64,000 nt of DNA from Candidatus Sungiibacteriota bacterium (GTDB taxonomy: Bacteria; Patescibacteriota; Minisyncoccia; Sungbacterales; SURF-37). The position numbers and the translations under genes are program-made. Shown here one piece after another: positions 37,795 to 47,384 of this stretch (positions are counted from its first letter, which is position 1; every line of letters starts with the position of its first letter). The notes under the pieces are model-generated. The model made no database searches and was not told the origin of the DNA. It saw nothing but the letters and a program-made list of their open reading frames with translations. The stretch covers positions 1,906-65,905 of the forward strand of contig JACPMF010000006.1 in the NCBI GenBank assembly GCA_016186145.1, in the 5' to 3' direction.

Positions 37795-38769
37795 ATGATT
37801 CCACTTCCCCATCAACCAAAAATTATCCTCGAAGAGGAGGGCAAAGGAGTATATGAAATTGAGGGGCTGTATCCCGGTTACGGCCAAACACTTGGTAATG
37901 CAATACGGAGGGTTTTATTGTCGTCCTTGGACGGATCAGCCATAACGAGCGTAAGGATTGAAGGGGTAAATCATGAATTTACGACCATCCCGAACGTATT
38001 GGAAGACGTGATTGAAGTCACATTAAATTTGAAACAAATCCATTTTCGAATGCATGATGACGGCCCGGTAACCGCAACGCTTCACGTTAAGGGCGAAAAA
38101 AAAGTTACTGCGAAAGACATTCAAACTTCATCACAGCTCGAGATGATGAACCCCGACCAGCACATAGCGACTATCACTGATAAAAAGGGAGAATTAATAA
38201 TGGAGTTTACCGTTGAAAAGGGCCTCGGATATCAATCCGTTGAAACCAGGTCTCGCGAAAAGGTTCCGGTGGGAACAATCGCGTTAGATGCGGCATTCTC
38301 CCCGGTTCGGCTTGTCCATTATGAAGTCGAAAATATGCGCGTTGGCGACCGTACCGACTACAATCGGCTTCGACTGCACATTGAAACGGATGGGTCACTC
38401 GTTCCTCGAGAGGCGTTTCGGCGGGCGGCAAAAATTTTAGCAGATCAGTTCAATGCACTATATGGAGTTTTTGCTGATCAAGAACCAGCTTCCGAAAATC
38501 GTGGGGGCGGAATGGCAGACAGCGCGGAGGAGCAGGAAGGAGAAGACAAAGAAATGTCATATGAGGAAATCGTCGCAAAGAAAAAAATTGACGAGATGGA
38601 GTTTTCCACGCGAGTCCTTAATGCGCTCAGCAATGCGGGAATAAAAACCGCCGGACAACTGGCTAAAAAGAGCGAAAAAAAACTAAAGGAAGTCGAAGGG
38701 CTCGGCGATAAGGGAATTACGGAGGTAAAGAAGGCGCTGGGAAATTTAGGACTGACGCTTAAGCAATAA
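37795..38769 (+). CDS. rpoA: DNA-directed RNA polymerase subunit alpha
   Basis: N-terminal domain TLGNAIRRVLLSSL. C-terminal domain LNALSNAGIKTAGQL. Confidence 0.9.
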   Translation: MIPLPHQPKIILEEEGKGVYEIEGLYPGYGQTLGNAIRRVLLSSLDGSAITSVRIEGVNHEFTTIPNVLEDVIEVTLNLKQIHFRMHDDGPVTATLHVKGEKKVTAKDIQTSSQLEMMNPDQHIATITDKKGELIMEFTVEKGLGYQSVETRSREKVPVGTIALDAAFSPVRLVHYEVENMRVGDRTDYNRLRLHIETDGSLVPREAFRRAAKILADQFNALYGVFADQEPASENRGGGMADSAEEQEGEDKEMSYEEIVAKKKIDEMEFSTRVLNALSNAGIKTAGQLAKKSEKKLKEVEGLGDKGITEVKKALGNLGLTLKQ

Positions 38770-38774
38770 AGAAT

Positions 38775-38873
38775 TCATCATCGAATTACGAATCCAGTAC
38801 GAATGTACGAATTTAATTGATTATTCGTAGATTCGTAAGAGATTCGCTATTCGTTGATGGAACGGCAGCGAAT
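38775..38873 (+). promoter_or_regulatory. family-1 element, copy 3, ending at the rplQ ATG
   Basis: The mini-uORF ATGGAACGGCAGCGAATATGA (MERQRI*) overlaps the rplQ ATG. Confidence 0.75.
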
Positions 38874-39224
38874 ATGAGACACCTCAAAAAAGGGAGAAAA
38901 TTCGGCCGTTTGGCTCGCCAGCGAAAAGCGCTGTTGCGAAATTTAGCTGCGGCATTAATCGAGAAAAGGAAGATCACTACAACAGCGGCAAAGGCAAAGG
39001 AACTTCGCCCGTTTGTGGAACAACTGATTACTTCCGGAAAAATAAAAACGGCCGCCGCAATACGGAAATTGTATGCCATACTCCCTGAGCGTTCTGCTAA
39101 AAAAATAATGGCGAGTCTGGAAAAACATACAGCCTCCCGGCAAAGCGGATATACGCGCATTATTAAACTCGGGCGGCGCAAAAGCGACGGGGCGGAAATG
39201 GCAATTATTGAATTCGTAGACTAG
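38874..39224 (+). CDS. rplQ: 50S ribosomal protein L17
   Basis: MRHLKKGRKFGRLARQRKALLRNLA. The ORF-track start at 38817 lies inside the repeat element. Confidence 0.85.
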   Translation: MRHLKKGRKFGRLARQRKALLRNLAAALIEKRKITTTAAKAKELRPFVEQLITSGKIKTAAAIRKLYAILPERSAKKIMASLEKHTASRQSGYTRIIKLGRRKSDGAEMAIIEFVD

Positions 39225-39233
39225 CAAAAAACC

Positions 39234-39578
39234 ATGGAGACTATTCAAATTGACGCCGCAAACAAAAAAGTTGGCAGGATAGCAAGTGAAATCGCGCACC
39301 GTCTTCAGGGGAAAGACAGGCCGGACTGGCGTGCTCACAAAATGCCGTCTGTCCGAATTCTTGTTACCAATACCGATAAGCTCGTTTTTACGGGAAAAAA
39401 ATTCGATCAGAAAAAGTATTATCGTCATACCGGAACAATCGGTCATTTGAAAATCATTCCGCTTTCGCGGCGTTTTGCGGCAGATTCCCGCAAAGTTCTT
39501 TATGCGGCAATAGCGCGAATGCTTCCGTATAACCGGCTTAAAAAAGAGCGCCTAAAAAATCTCGTTCTCCAGAAATAG
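39234..39578 (+). CDS. rplM: 50S ribosomal protein L13
   Basis: IQIDAANKKVGRIASEIAHRLQGK. Confidence 0.85.
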   Translation: METIQIDAANKKVGRIASEIAHRLQGKDRPDWRAHKMPSVRILVTNTDKLVFTGKKFDQKKYYRHTGTIGHLKIIPLSRRFAADSRKVLYAAIARMLPYNRLKKERLKNLVLQK

Positions 39579-39609
39579 CAGAGGTTTTCTACCACACTCA
39601 AAACAAACC

Positions 39610-40191
39610 ATGCCAGTTCAAAAAACAAAAAAGGCGGCAAAGCCAAAAAAGGCGCTGAAGGAAAAAGGCGCCGAACTTGAATTGCCAAAAAAGAAAGCGG
39701 AGAAACTTGAAATCGAGGCGACTCTGATTCCGGAACCGGCAATTGATAAAGAAAAACTGGAGGAAACGGATGAAAATTCCGCCGCCTTTTTATCTCAATC
39801 TGAACGATATTGGGAAGCGGTTGGAAGAAGAAAAACCGCAGTTGCAAGAGCACGCCTTTTTACACGCGGTGAAAAAGGGGTTTGGGTCCACGAAAAGCCG
39901 GTACAAACATATTTTCAGCAAGACCGCTTGGTTTCAATTATCGAAGAGCCGTTGAAGAAAATGAAATCCACCGATCGTTTTCGCGTAACCATAAAAGTTT
40001 CCGGGGGCGGAATGAACGCGCAAGCCGAAGCGGCCCGCCACGCTATTTCCCGCGCTCTCGTAAAATTTAATCCCGACTTCCGAAAACGCTTAAAACGGGC
40101 CGGATTCTTAAAACGAGACCCGCGTATGAAGGAGCGGAAGAAGTTTGGCCTGAAAGGGGCGCGCAAGGCTCCGCAGTGGGCGAAACGATAA
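39610..40191 (+). CDS. rpsI: 30S ribosomal protein S9 with a Lys-rich N-terminal extension
   Basis: YWEAVGRRKTAVARARLF...GGGMNAQAEAARHAISRALV...KFGLKGARKAPQWAKR. Confidence 0.85.
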   Translation: MPVQKTKKAAKPKKALKEKGAELELPKKKAEKLEIEATLIPEPAIDKEKLEETDENSAAFLSQSERYWEAVGRRKTAVARARLFTRGEKGVWVHEKPVQTYFQQDRLVSIIEEPLKKMKSTDRFRVTIKVSGGGMNAQAEAARHAISRALVKFNPDFRKRLKRAGFLKRDPRMKERKKFGLKGARKAPQWAKR

Positions 40192-40236
40192 GCGAACCCG
40201 GCATTAAGTTTCAGAACTGGTTTTATAAAGCAAAAT

Positions 40237-40278
40237 AAGAGGAGTGCGAAAAAAACGCATTCCTCTTATTTTTTTATT
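40237..40278. terminator. bidirectional rho-independent terminator
   Basis: 12-bp stem AAGAGGAGTGCG / CGCATTCCTCTT with an A7 loop. A T-run follows on the plus strand and the A-run gives a T-run on the minus strand. Confidence 0.7.
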
Positions 40279-40291
40279 CGTTTGAGACGGC

Positions 40292-41692
40292 TCAAAAACT
40301 TGAAGAGTAAAGAAAACTGCCGCTTGCGCGCAAAATCCGGTTTGCCGATGCGTCGTAATCAAATACCCCGCCGCCCTGTTCAAAAATAATCGTTGCTGCA
40401 GGACCGCCGCCTCGGTTATCGATATCCACAACGCCGATGAATTTGCCGGCGGAAAAAATGCTATGCGCTTCTTTTTCTCCAAACCATGACGCATTGGCAA
40501 GACGCTCCTCGCCGGGCGAAAGTATCCGCTCGCGCGTTCCTGCTTTTCGAAACGGCGCCTGTTTCTCATCGGCGATCCACAATACTTCAAGAGCTCTCTC
40601 CGACCAAAAAAGAAGTTTTTTCCCGTCTTCAGAAAACTCCGCCCCGATAATGTTGCCCGAAATTGGAATTACTTCCGGCTCTTTACGCCTTCGGACAAAA
40701 AAGCCGCCGGCCGAATCAATTAAAAATGCGTCGCCGTATGAATTCATTTCCATCCGGGTCGGTTCATCGCTTAAGTAAAACCCTTTCCGTCCTAAATTTT
40801 CAACCTCCTCGCCGTTGAAATTCGCTGATGACAAAAATCCTCTCTTCGTTACGAACAATATTTGTTCTCCCGATACGCGAAAAGAGTGAACATCGGAAAA
40901 AAGCGGTTCGGCCGTCCTTTTTGTCCGATTGAACCGCAAAAGGGCGCCGCGATTCGTCAAAATGAAAAACTCGTCAGCAGACCCTCCAAAATCCGCCATG
41001 GTCACCATTCCAATATCCGTTGGCGGACGCAATTGCAATTCCTGGACGCGACCGCCCGCTAAGTTGATGATCGAAAACCGCACCGGCCCCCTCCGCTTTA
41101 CCAAAAGCCGCTGATTCTCCGAATCCCATCGAAAATCTTCGATTCGTTCTACTGCGTCAAAAATTTTACTCTCAAGATTAAAAAGGTATGTGAATGCTGT
41201 TCGTTCCGGCGCATAGATGAGGATCCACGAACTTCCCGGCAAAATTTCAAATTGCTCGATAGTGAGATCTCTGCGCATGAGACTAAGAACCTCATCTTCA
41301 GTAATGGTTTCTGGAATAAGCAAAACGGAGCGAAATTCACTAATTGACTCCGGGGTAACATGAATTACCCGCTGCCAAGGGCGAAAGCCCTCCTTTTCAA
41401 CTCGTACCGAATACAAATCCGGCGTAAGGTTAGTAACCAGGGCCCCGAACGAAATGATTCCGCTGTCTTTTACGGCATTGTTGTTTATAAAAATCCTGAA
41501 GTTATTTTGATTCGCCTTTATAAAAATACCGCCGGTGCGCACCACATGCCCGGTTTTTAAATCGAAATTGTATCCCAACGAGTATAAGACAATAAGAGGC
41601 GTGAGCAACAAGAAGAGCAGCGAGCCAAGATAAAAGATCACCCGCCGTTGGGCCTTTGGAAAAGGATGAGATGGTCTAAAAAATTCCGTCAT
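40292..41692 (-). CDS. membrane-anchored hypothetical protein
   Basis: 466 aa with an N-terminal TM helix (VIFYLGSLLFLLLTPLIVLYSLGY). Confidence 0.55.
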   Translation of the reverse strand: MTEFFRPSHPFPKAQRRVIFYLGSLLFLLLTPLIVLYSLGYNFDLKTGHVVRTGGIFIKANQNNFRIFINNNAVKDSGIISFGALVTNLTPDLYSVRVEKEGFRPWQRVIHVTPESISEFRSVLLIPETITEDEVLSLMRRDLTIEQFEILPGSSWILIYAPERTAFTYLFNLESKIFDAVERIEDFRWDSENQRLLVKRRGPVRFSIINLAGGRVQELQLRPPTDIGMVTMADFGGSADEFFILTNRGALLRFNRTKRTAEPLFSDVHSFRVSGEQILFVTKRGFLSSANFNGEEVENLGRKGFYLSDEPTRMEMNSYGDAFLIDSAGGFFVRRRKEPEVIPISGNIIGAEFSEDGKKLLFWSERALEVLWIADEKQAPFRKAGTRERILSPGEERLANASWFGEKEAHSIFSAGKFIGVVDIDNRGGGPAATIIFEQGGGVFDYDASANRILRASGSFLYSSSF

Positions 41693-41775
41693 ATTCTACT
41701 TTATACATTAAACGAGAAATAGGATGACTTGCAACACCCGGCGTTTACCAGTAATCTAAAAGTGGTTTTCCTGTA

Positions 41776-41880
41776 TTCATCATCGAATTACGAATCAGCT
41801 GCGAATATACGAATTTCCACAACCTGATTATTCGTAAATTCGTAAAAGATTCGTTATTCGCCAATGAAGCGGCAGCGAAT
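41776..41880 (+). promoter_or_regulatory. family-1 element, copy 4, ending at the murA ATG
   Basis: About 95% identical to 47281-47384. Confidence 0.8.
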
Positions 41881-43158
41881 ATGCAAAAATTCATTATTGA
41901 AGGCGGACACCCTTTAGAGGGCGAAGTCATTATCGGCGGATCTAAAAATGCAGCTCTTCCGCTTATTGCGGCATCTCTTTTAACCGAAGAGCCGGTTTTG
42001 CTTGAAAATATTCCCGCCATCAGCGATGTCGCTGCGATGGCAAAAATTGCCGAAGGACTCGGGGCTCACATAGAATTTAATGCGGAGAAGAGCGCTATTC
42101 GCATTACCGCCGCCGCCCTTTCCAACCCCTCTGTTGACGAGGCGTTAACGAGAAAACTTCGCGGATCAGTCCTTTTTTCCGGAGCCCTCGTCGGCAGAAT
42201 GCGAAATGCAATTTTACCATACCCTGGAGGGGATGTTATCGGAGCCCGTCCTCTTGCAACCCACCTCCATGCGCTTGAAGGCCTCGGATGCGTCATATAC
42301 GAGGACGGGAATAATCTGCGGATTGACGGCGCGTCACTTCACGGCGGCGAAATCGTTCTTGAGGAACAAAGCGTAACCGCAACAGAAAATACAATACTGG
42401 CGGCAGTGCTTGTCCCCGGCGAAACGATCATAACGCTTGCCGCGTTCGAACCGCATGTTCAGGAACTGGTTGCCTTTTTAAACAAAATGGGGGCGGATAT
42501 TCAGTGGATTGATTTTTCGCGTCTTATGATTCGCGGCGTTAAACGCCTTAACGGGATAACGCACCGGATTAATCCCGATGAAATCGAGATTTCAAGTTTC
42601 GCCGCGCTGGCCGGAGCAACTCGATCGCGAATCTTTCTTCGAAATGTAGAACCGAAGTATCTTGATGCCATTTTCCTGCAACTAAGAAAAATGGGCGTTT
42701 CTTATACCATTTCGGGTAACGGACCACTGGCAACTCTAGGAATTGAGAAGCCGCCTGCCGTTTATAAAAGCTTTCGAATCCAGTCGGGGTTTTATCCAAA
42801 ACTGGTTACCGACCATATACCGCCATTTGCGGTTCTGGCAACGCAAGCCCACGGAACTTCTCTCATTCACGACTGGATGTACGAAAATCGGCTGCGTTAT
42901 ATTCCCGAATTGCAAAAAATGGGCGCTCATTGTACTATATTAGATCCGCACCGAGCACTCATAACCGGCCCGTCCAGCCTCCGAGGAAGCGAAATTGAAA
43001 CCTACGATATTCGTTCCGGCATGACGCTTGTCATCGCGGGCCTTACCGCAGAGGGCCGTTCAACGATTTCCAATATCGAACATATCGATAGGGGATATGA
43101 AAAAATAGACCAGAGATTACGCGCTCTTGGAGCAAACATTGAAAGAATCAATGAATAA
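41881..43158 (+). CDS. murA: UDP-N-acetylglucosamine 1-carboxyvinyltransferase
   Basis: FIIEGGHPLEGEVIIGGSKNAALPLIAASLL. Confidence 0.9.
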   Translation: MQKFIIEGGHPLEGEVIIGGSKNAALPLIAASLLTEEPVLLENIPAISDVAAMAKIAEGLGAHIEFNAEKSAIRITAAALSNPSVDEALTRKLRGSVLFSGALVGRMRNAILPYPGGDVIGARPLATHLHALEGLGCVIYEDGNNLRIDGASLHGGEIVLEEQSVTATENTILAAVLVPGETIITLAAFEPHVQELVAFLNKMGADIQWIDFSRLMIRGVKRLNGITHRINPDEIEISSFAALAGATRSRIFLRNVEPKYLDAIFLQLRKMGVSYTISGNGPLATLGIEKPPAVYKSFRIQSGFYPKLVTDHIPPFAVLATQAHGTSLIHDWMYENRLRYIPELQKMGAHCTILDPHRALITGPSSLRGSEIETYDIRSGMTLVIAGLTAEGRSTISNIEHIDRGYEKIDQRLRALGANIERINE

Positions 43159-43180
43159 AAATTTGATATAACAAGTAACT

Positions 43181-44188
43181 ATGTTTACAAAAAAACTAGG
43201 CATTGATCTCGGCACAACCAATACTCTTGTTTTTGTCCCAAACAGAGGAGTGGTTATCAACGAACCATCCGTTGTCGCGGTCTCTGTCGATGACAATCGC
43301 GTTCTCGCGGTAGGCAATTCGGCCAAAGAAATGATCGGCCGCACTCCGGAAACCATTGTCGCGTATCGCCCCCTGAAAGACGGCGTTATCGCCGATTACC
43401 GCGTAACCGAAGCCATGCTTCGCTATTTTATCGATAAATCCCTCGGCCGTATGCGTATGTTCCAGCCGGAAGTCATGATTTCTGTTCCCGCTGGAGTTAC
43501 TTCAACCGAGCGAAGAGCCGTTGTTGAGGCCGCCACCAAAGCTGGCGCCAAAGCGGCGTATGTTGTGAAAGAACCCGTGCTTGCGGCAATCGGAGCGGGG
43601 ATTCCCATCAATGAACCGTCAGGCCACATGATTGTCGATATCGGCGGCGGCACAACCGATGTCGCAGTCATCTCTCTTGGCGGCATTGTTGCCTCAACTT
43701 CGGTAAAAGTAGCCGGGAATAAACTCGACCAGGCAATCGCCGACTATATTAAACGAAATTACAATCTTGCAATTGGAGACCGCACCGCCGAAGACATCAA
43801 AATAGCTATTGGCAGCGCCGTTCCTTTAAGCGAAGAACTTTCCATGGAAATTAAAGGGCGTGATTTGATGAGCGGTTTGCCGCGAGTTATCGAAATACGC
43901 TCCCCGGAAATAACAGAAGCGGTCTCGAATGAATTGAGCGAAATAATCCAGGCCATAAAGCAGGTTTTACATCAGACGCCGCCGGAACTTGCTGCGGATA
44001 TTATGGAGCGGGGGATTGTGATGTCGGGAGGCACATCGCTCCTTCGCGGCATTGATGAGCTTGTATTTCAAGAAACCGGCGTTATTGCGCATATCGCTCA
44101 AAATCCCCTTCTTTCGGTGGCAAACGGAACCGGCATCGCGCTTGAACACTTAGACGTATACAAAAGAAGCATTATGACAAAACGGTAG
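43181..44188 (+). CDS. mreB: rod-shape-determining protein MreB
   Basis: GIDLGTTNTLVF, DIGGGTTDVAVISLGG, VMSGGTSLLRG. Confidence 0.9.
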   Translation: MFTKKLGIDLGTTNTLVFVPNRGVVINEPSVVAVSVDDNRVLAVGNSAKEMIGRTPETIVAYRPLKDGVIADYRVTEAMLRYFIDKSLGRMRMFQPEVMISVPAGVTSTERRAVVEAATKAGAKAAYVVKEPVLAAIGAGIPINEPSGHMIVDIGGGTTDVAVISLGGIVASTSVKVAGNKLDQAIADYIKRNYNLAIGDRTAEDIKIAIGSAVPLSEELSMEIKGRDLMSGLPRVIEIRSPEITEAVSNELSEIIQAIKQVLHQTPPELAADIMERGIVMSGGTSLLRGIDELVFQETGVIAHIAQNPLLSVANGTGIALEHLDVYKRSIMTKR

Positions 44189-44598
44189 CTCGGCATCACG
44201 AAATTTTTTTCAGCTCGTTTGAAACAAAATTTCCATGCACTGCACAATGAAAAATTTTTATGAAGCCTTGCTTGCCTTACAAGCCATGAAGAAAAACTTT
44301 ATGTCAAAAAATATGCGATAGCAGAAATTTTGACAATTCGGCAATAAAAGTTTCCGACATACAGCCATTTTTGAAGTAAAATAATTGGCGGACTCGAAAA
44401 TCCGCCAGAAATCGTTGCTATGGACTAGCAATAACGAATCTTTCCACCGAGATATCTGGATGGTATACGGCAAAAAACTCGATCGCAAGTTCCACTTCCT
44501 CATCTGTAATGTCCTCGACCCACACCGGGGTTACCCACGAACCAGGGTTAACCTTTTCTGCTCCGAACAAGTAAACCGCAACCGCTACCACGCCCATG

Positions 44599-45342
44599 CT
44601 ACCGGGTGTCAGTTTGATCTTTGCCACGCAAGTCCTCCTTTACTTTATTTCCATGTTCGTCTAAGCGTTTTATCGCAATTATATAAAGTAGCCAATCCAT
44701 TCCCATACCAACGCTATTGATAAAGAGATGTATTATCCCGGCAAAGACAATACTTCCTGAATTGATTGAGACGATGCCCCACAGAAGAGCGTAGGTTGGC
44801 GCGAAAATAAAGTAGCGGATAAGTGAAGCTTTTTGCATACCAGAATCCAGATGATATGCGCCAAAAAGAATCGCTTGGAGAAAGAGAAAGAAGACACCGA
44901 ACGTACTTCCGAAGTCTTGCCAGACGATTATGAGTACCGCTCGATATAGAATCTCCTCCATGATAACCATGGGTATCATCAGGAAGAAATCACGTCTAAC
45001 ACTACCTTCCGCCTCCCGCAATTGTTCTAGAAACTCCTTTGATTGGTCGGCTGGCAATGCCCAGTAGAAAACCACTTTTCCATGCCCTCGTATGAGATTG
45101 AACACCGAACGACATCCTCCGAAGAAGTGAATAAGATGCAGATCGGTAACTACAACAAGCAGGTTTACTACAAGAACCGTGATAATGCTTGGATTAAGAG
45201 GGGGTAGTTTGAAAAGACCAAGAATGTTGTCCCTGTTTGCGAAACCTTCTAGGAAATGGTTTGCAAGTACAGCCCCGGCTAAGCCAAAGCTTATTCCTTG
45301 TCCAATAGCACCGGCTTTGCGTAGGACTTCATCCTTTTTCAA
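44599..45342 (-). CDS. CPBP-family (CAAX-like) intramembrane metalloprotease
   Basis: EEILYRAVL and FGAYH motifs. Multi-TM. Confidence 0.7.
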   Translation of the reverse strand: MKKDEVLRKAGAIGQGISFGLAGAVLANHFLEGFANRDNILGLFKLPPLNPSIITVLVVNLLVVVTDLHLIHFFGGCRSVFNLIRGHGKVVFYWALPADQSKEFLEQLREAEGSVRRDFFLMIPMVIMEEILYRAVLIIVWQDFGSTFGVFFLFLQAILFGAYHLDSGMQKASLIRYFIFAPTYALLWGIVSINSGSIVFAGIIHLFINSVGMGMDWLLYIIAIKRLDEHGNKVKEDLRGKDQTDTR

Positions 45343-45567
45343 AGATCCCTCCCCTTAGAAGAAGAAATCGCCAACTTTTCAGGAACTTCCAACATCTTGC
45401 CGGCCATTTCCGCCCCTCCCTACAATCGTTTTGGTTTGACCAAAAATACCATAATAAAAGCTATTTGTCAATGATTGTGGTTTTTCCAGTTTTTGCTATA
45501 GTTTTAACATTGTCATTAAATATTTGTATTTAGAGTTTAGAATTTAGGGTTTAGGATTTTCAAAAAT

Positions 45568-45852
45568 ATGGTAGTCCGAATGCGGCATACAAAATCGAAA
45601 CGGAATCGGGTACGCTCACACCATGCGCTCGCCCCGGTAAAATTTGGCGCATGCAGCCACTGCAAAGCGCCGATTTTGGGGCACACTGTTTGTAAAAATT
45701 GCGGCTATTACAAAAACCGGCAAGTGGTTGACGTTCTTGCCCGTCTTGATAAGAAAGAACGAAAAAAGAAAGAAAAAGAATTGCACGAACACGAAGAAGA
45801 AGCTGCCAAAAAAGGAGAAACATTGAACGCAGAAGAGTTATCGCACAAATGA
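45568..45852 (+). CDS. rpmF: 50S ribosomal protein L32 with a K/E-rich C-terminal tail
   Basis: HTKSKRNRVRSHHAL...CSHCKAPILGHTVCKNCGYY. The true start may be the ATG at 45580. Confidence 0.8.
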   Translation: MVVRMRHTKSKRNRVRSHHALAPVKFGACSHCKAPILGHTVCKNCGYYKNRQVVDVLARLDKKERKKKEKELHEHEEEAAKKGETLNAEELSHK

Positions 45853-45925
45853 ATCAGGAATTATGAATTAGGAATTACGGCACACTATAAACCCATAATT
45901 CATAATTCATAATTCATAATTCCAG
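45849..45925 (+). promoter_or_regulatory. family-2 TTCATAA/TTATGAA array element ending at the nusB ATG
   Basis: atgaatcaggaattatgaattagg...cataattcataattcataattcataattccagATG. Confidence 0.7.
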
Positions 45926-46432
45926 ATGGCTTCACGTCACTTAGCTCGCTCCATCGCAATGCAAACACTCTATGAGTGGGATTTTAACAACCAGGACGAA
46001 TCGCGCCTCGAAAGCATCATGAACAAGAATATTGCAGAATTCGGCCCCGGGCTCGAAGATGCGGAATTTATTCAAAAACTTGTCCGAGGCACTATCGATC
46101 ATCTTAAGGAAATTAATGCGATTATCGAGAAGGCGGCGCCGGAGTGGCCGATTACTCAAATTGCAACAGTCGATCGGAGCGTTCTTCGCCTCGGGCTCTA
46201 TGAACTGCTCTTCGGAAACCGTGAAGAGGTTCCGCCAAAAGTGGCAATCAATGAAGCAATTGAGCTCGCAAAATCATTTGGCGGCGAGGCATCCGGGCGA
46301 TTTGTTAATGGCGTACTTGGAACTGTGTACCGCGAAATCGGGGAGCCCGGTAAGGAGCATCCGACTAGACACGAAAAGACGGAAAATGATGGCGAGGTTC
46401 AGGCGGAGGATAAAAAATTAAGTGGCAGTTAA
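45926..46432 (+). CDS. nusB: transcription antitermination factor NusB
   Basis: SRHLARSIAMQTLYEWDF. Confidence 0.85.
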   Translation: MASRHLARSIAMQTLYEWDFNNQDESRLESIMNKNIAEFGPGLEDAEFIQKLVRGTIDHLKEINAIIEKAAPEWPITQIATVDRSVLRLGLYELLFGNREEVPPKVAINEAIELAKSFGGEASGRFVNGVLGTVYREIGEPGKEHPTRHEKTENDGEVQAEDKKLSGS

Positions 46433-46439
46433 TTAATAA

Positions 46440-46585
46440 TCTAATTCTTAAATTCGAATATCGAAATTCGAAACAAATTCTAAATCCCAATTATCCAAAC
46501 TCAAAAGTATTTGATATTTCGGGATTCGAGCGTTGGAATTTGTTTAGAATTTCGGATTTCGTGCTTCGACATTTATGTTTTAACA
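46440..46585 (+). promoter_or_regulatory. TTCGAA hexamer array (direct then inverted) upstream of rnc
   Basis: aattcgaatatcgaaattcgaaac ... gggattcgagcg..gaatttcggatttcgtgcttcgac. Confidence 0.5.
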
Positions 46586-47275
46586 ATGGATATCTCTCAA
46601 CTGGAAGCGCGGCTCGGCGCCCCGTTCCAAAATAAGGACCTCCTCCAACAAGCATTCGTACATCGTTCCTACCTCAACGAAAATCCAAATTTTCGGCTTT
46701 CGCACAATGAACGCTTAGAATACCTGGGCGATGCCGTACTCGAGCTCATAATCTCTGAAGAGCTTTATAAGCGTTTCCCCGATAAGCCGGAGGGGGATCT
46801 TACCAGTTTCCGCGCGGCATTGGTAAATTCCAAAATGCTTGCAGAAGTTGCGGCAGAATTTGATTTTAACGACTTTTTGATGCTTTCCCGCGGTGAAGCG
46901 AAGGACGTCGGACGGGCGCGCCAGTTCATTCTTGCAAACACTCTTGAAGCGGTTATTGGCGCCATCTATCTTGATCGGGGCTATGAGGCGGCGGCTCAAT
47001 TTATTCAGAAAGGCCTTTTTTCCAGGATTGACGAGGTGGTGACAAAAAAGCTCTACCGCGATCCAAAAAGCTTGTTTCAAGAAATTGCCCAAGAACATCA
47101 TGGCGTCACTCCCACTTACGAGGTTCTCAAGGAATGGGGGCCTGATCACAATAAACATTTTATTGTAGGCATATATATTGATAAGGAGCTGGTTGCCGAA
47201 GGCGAAGGCCCCTCAAAACAAGCCGCACAAGAAGAAGCCGCCCGAATGGCGTTAAAGGCACGGGGGTGGCTGTAA
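46586..47275 (+). CDS. rnc: ribonuclease III
   Basis: ERLEYLGDAVLELIISEELY signature and a C-terminal dsRBD. Confidence 0.9.
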   Translation: MDISQLEARLGAPFQNKDLLQQAFVHRSYLNENPNFRLSHNERLEYLGDAVLELIISEELYKRFPDKPEGDLTSFRAALVNSKMLAEVAAEFDFNDFLMLSRGEAKDVGRARQFILANTLEAVIGAIYLDRGYEAAAQFIQKGLFSRIDEVVTKKLYRDPKSLFQEIAQEHHGVTPTYEVLKEWGPDHNKHFIVGIYIDKELVAEGEGPSKQAAQEEAARMALKARGWL

Positions 47276-47280
47276 TATAT

Positions 47281-47384
47281 TCATCATCGAATTACGAATC
47301 AGCTGCGAATATACGAATTTCCACAACCTGATTATTCGTAAATTCGTAAAAGATTCGCTATTCGTTGATGAAGCGATAGCGCAC
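47281..47384 (+). promoter_or_regulatory. family-1 element, copy 5, ending at the smc GTG
   Basis: ...gattcgctattcgttgATGaagcgatagcgcacGTG. Confidence 0.8.

Noticed and set aside
44385-44720. Small ORFs (111 aa + and 69 aa -) between mreB and the CPBP protease
   Set aside because: No motifs are present and one overlaps the CPBP gene end. The 69 aa minus-strand ORF could be a small protein beside the CAAX-type protease, but this is unsupported.
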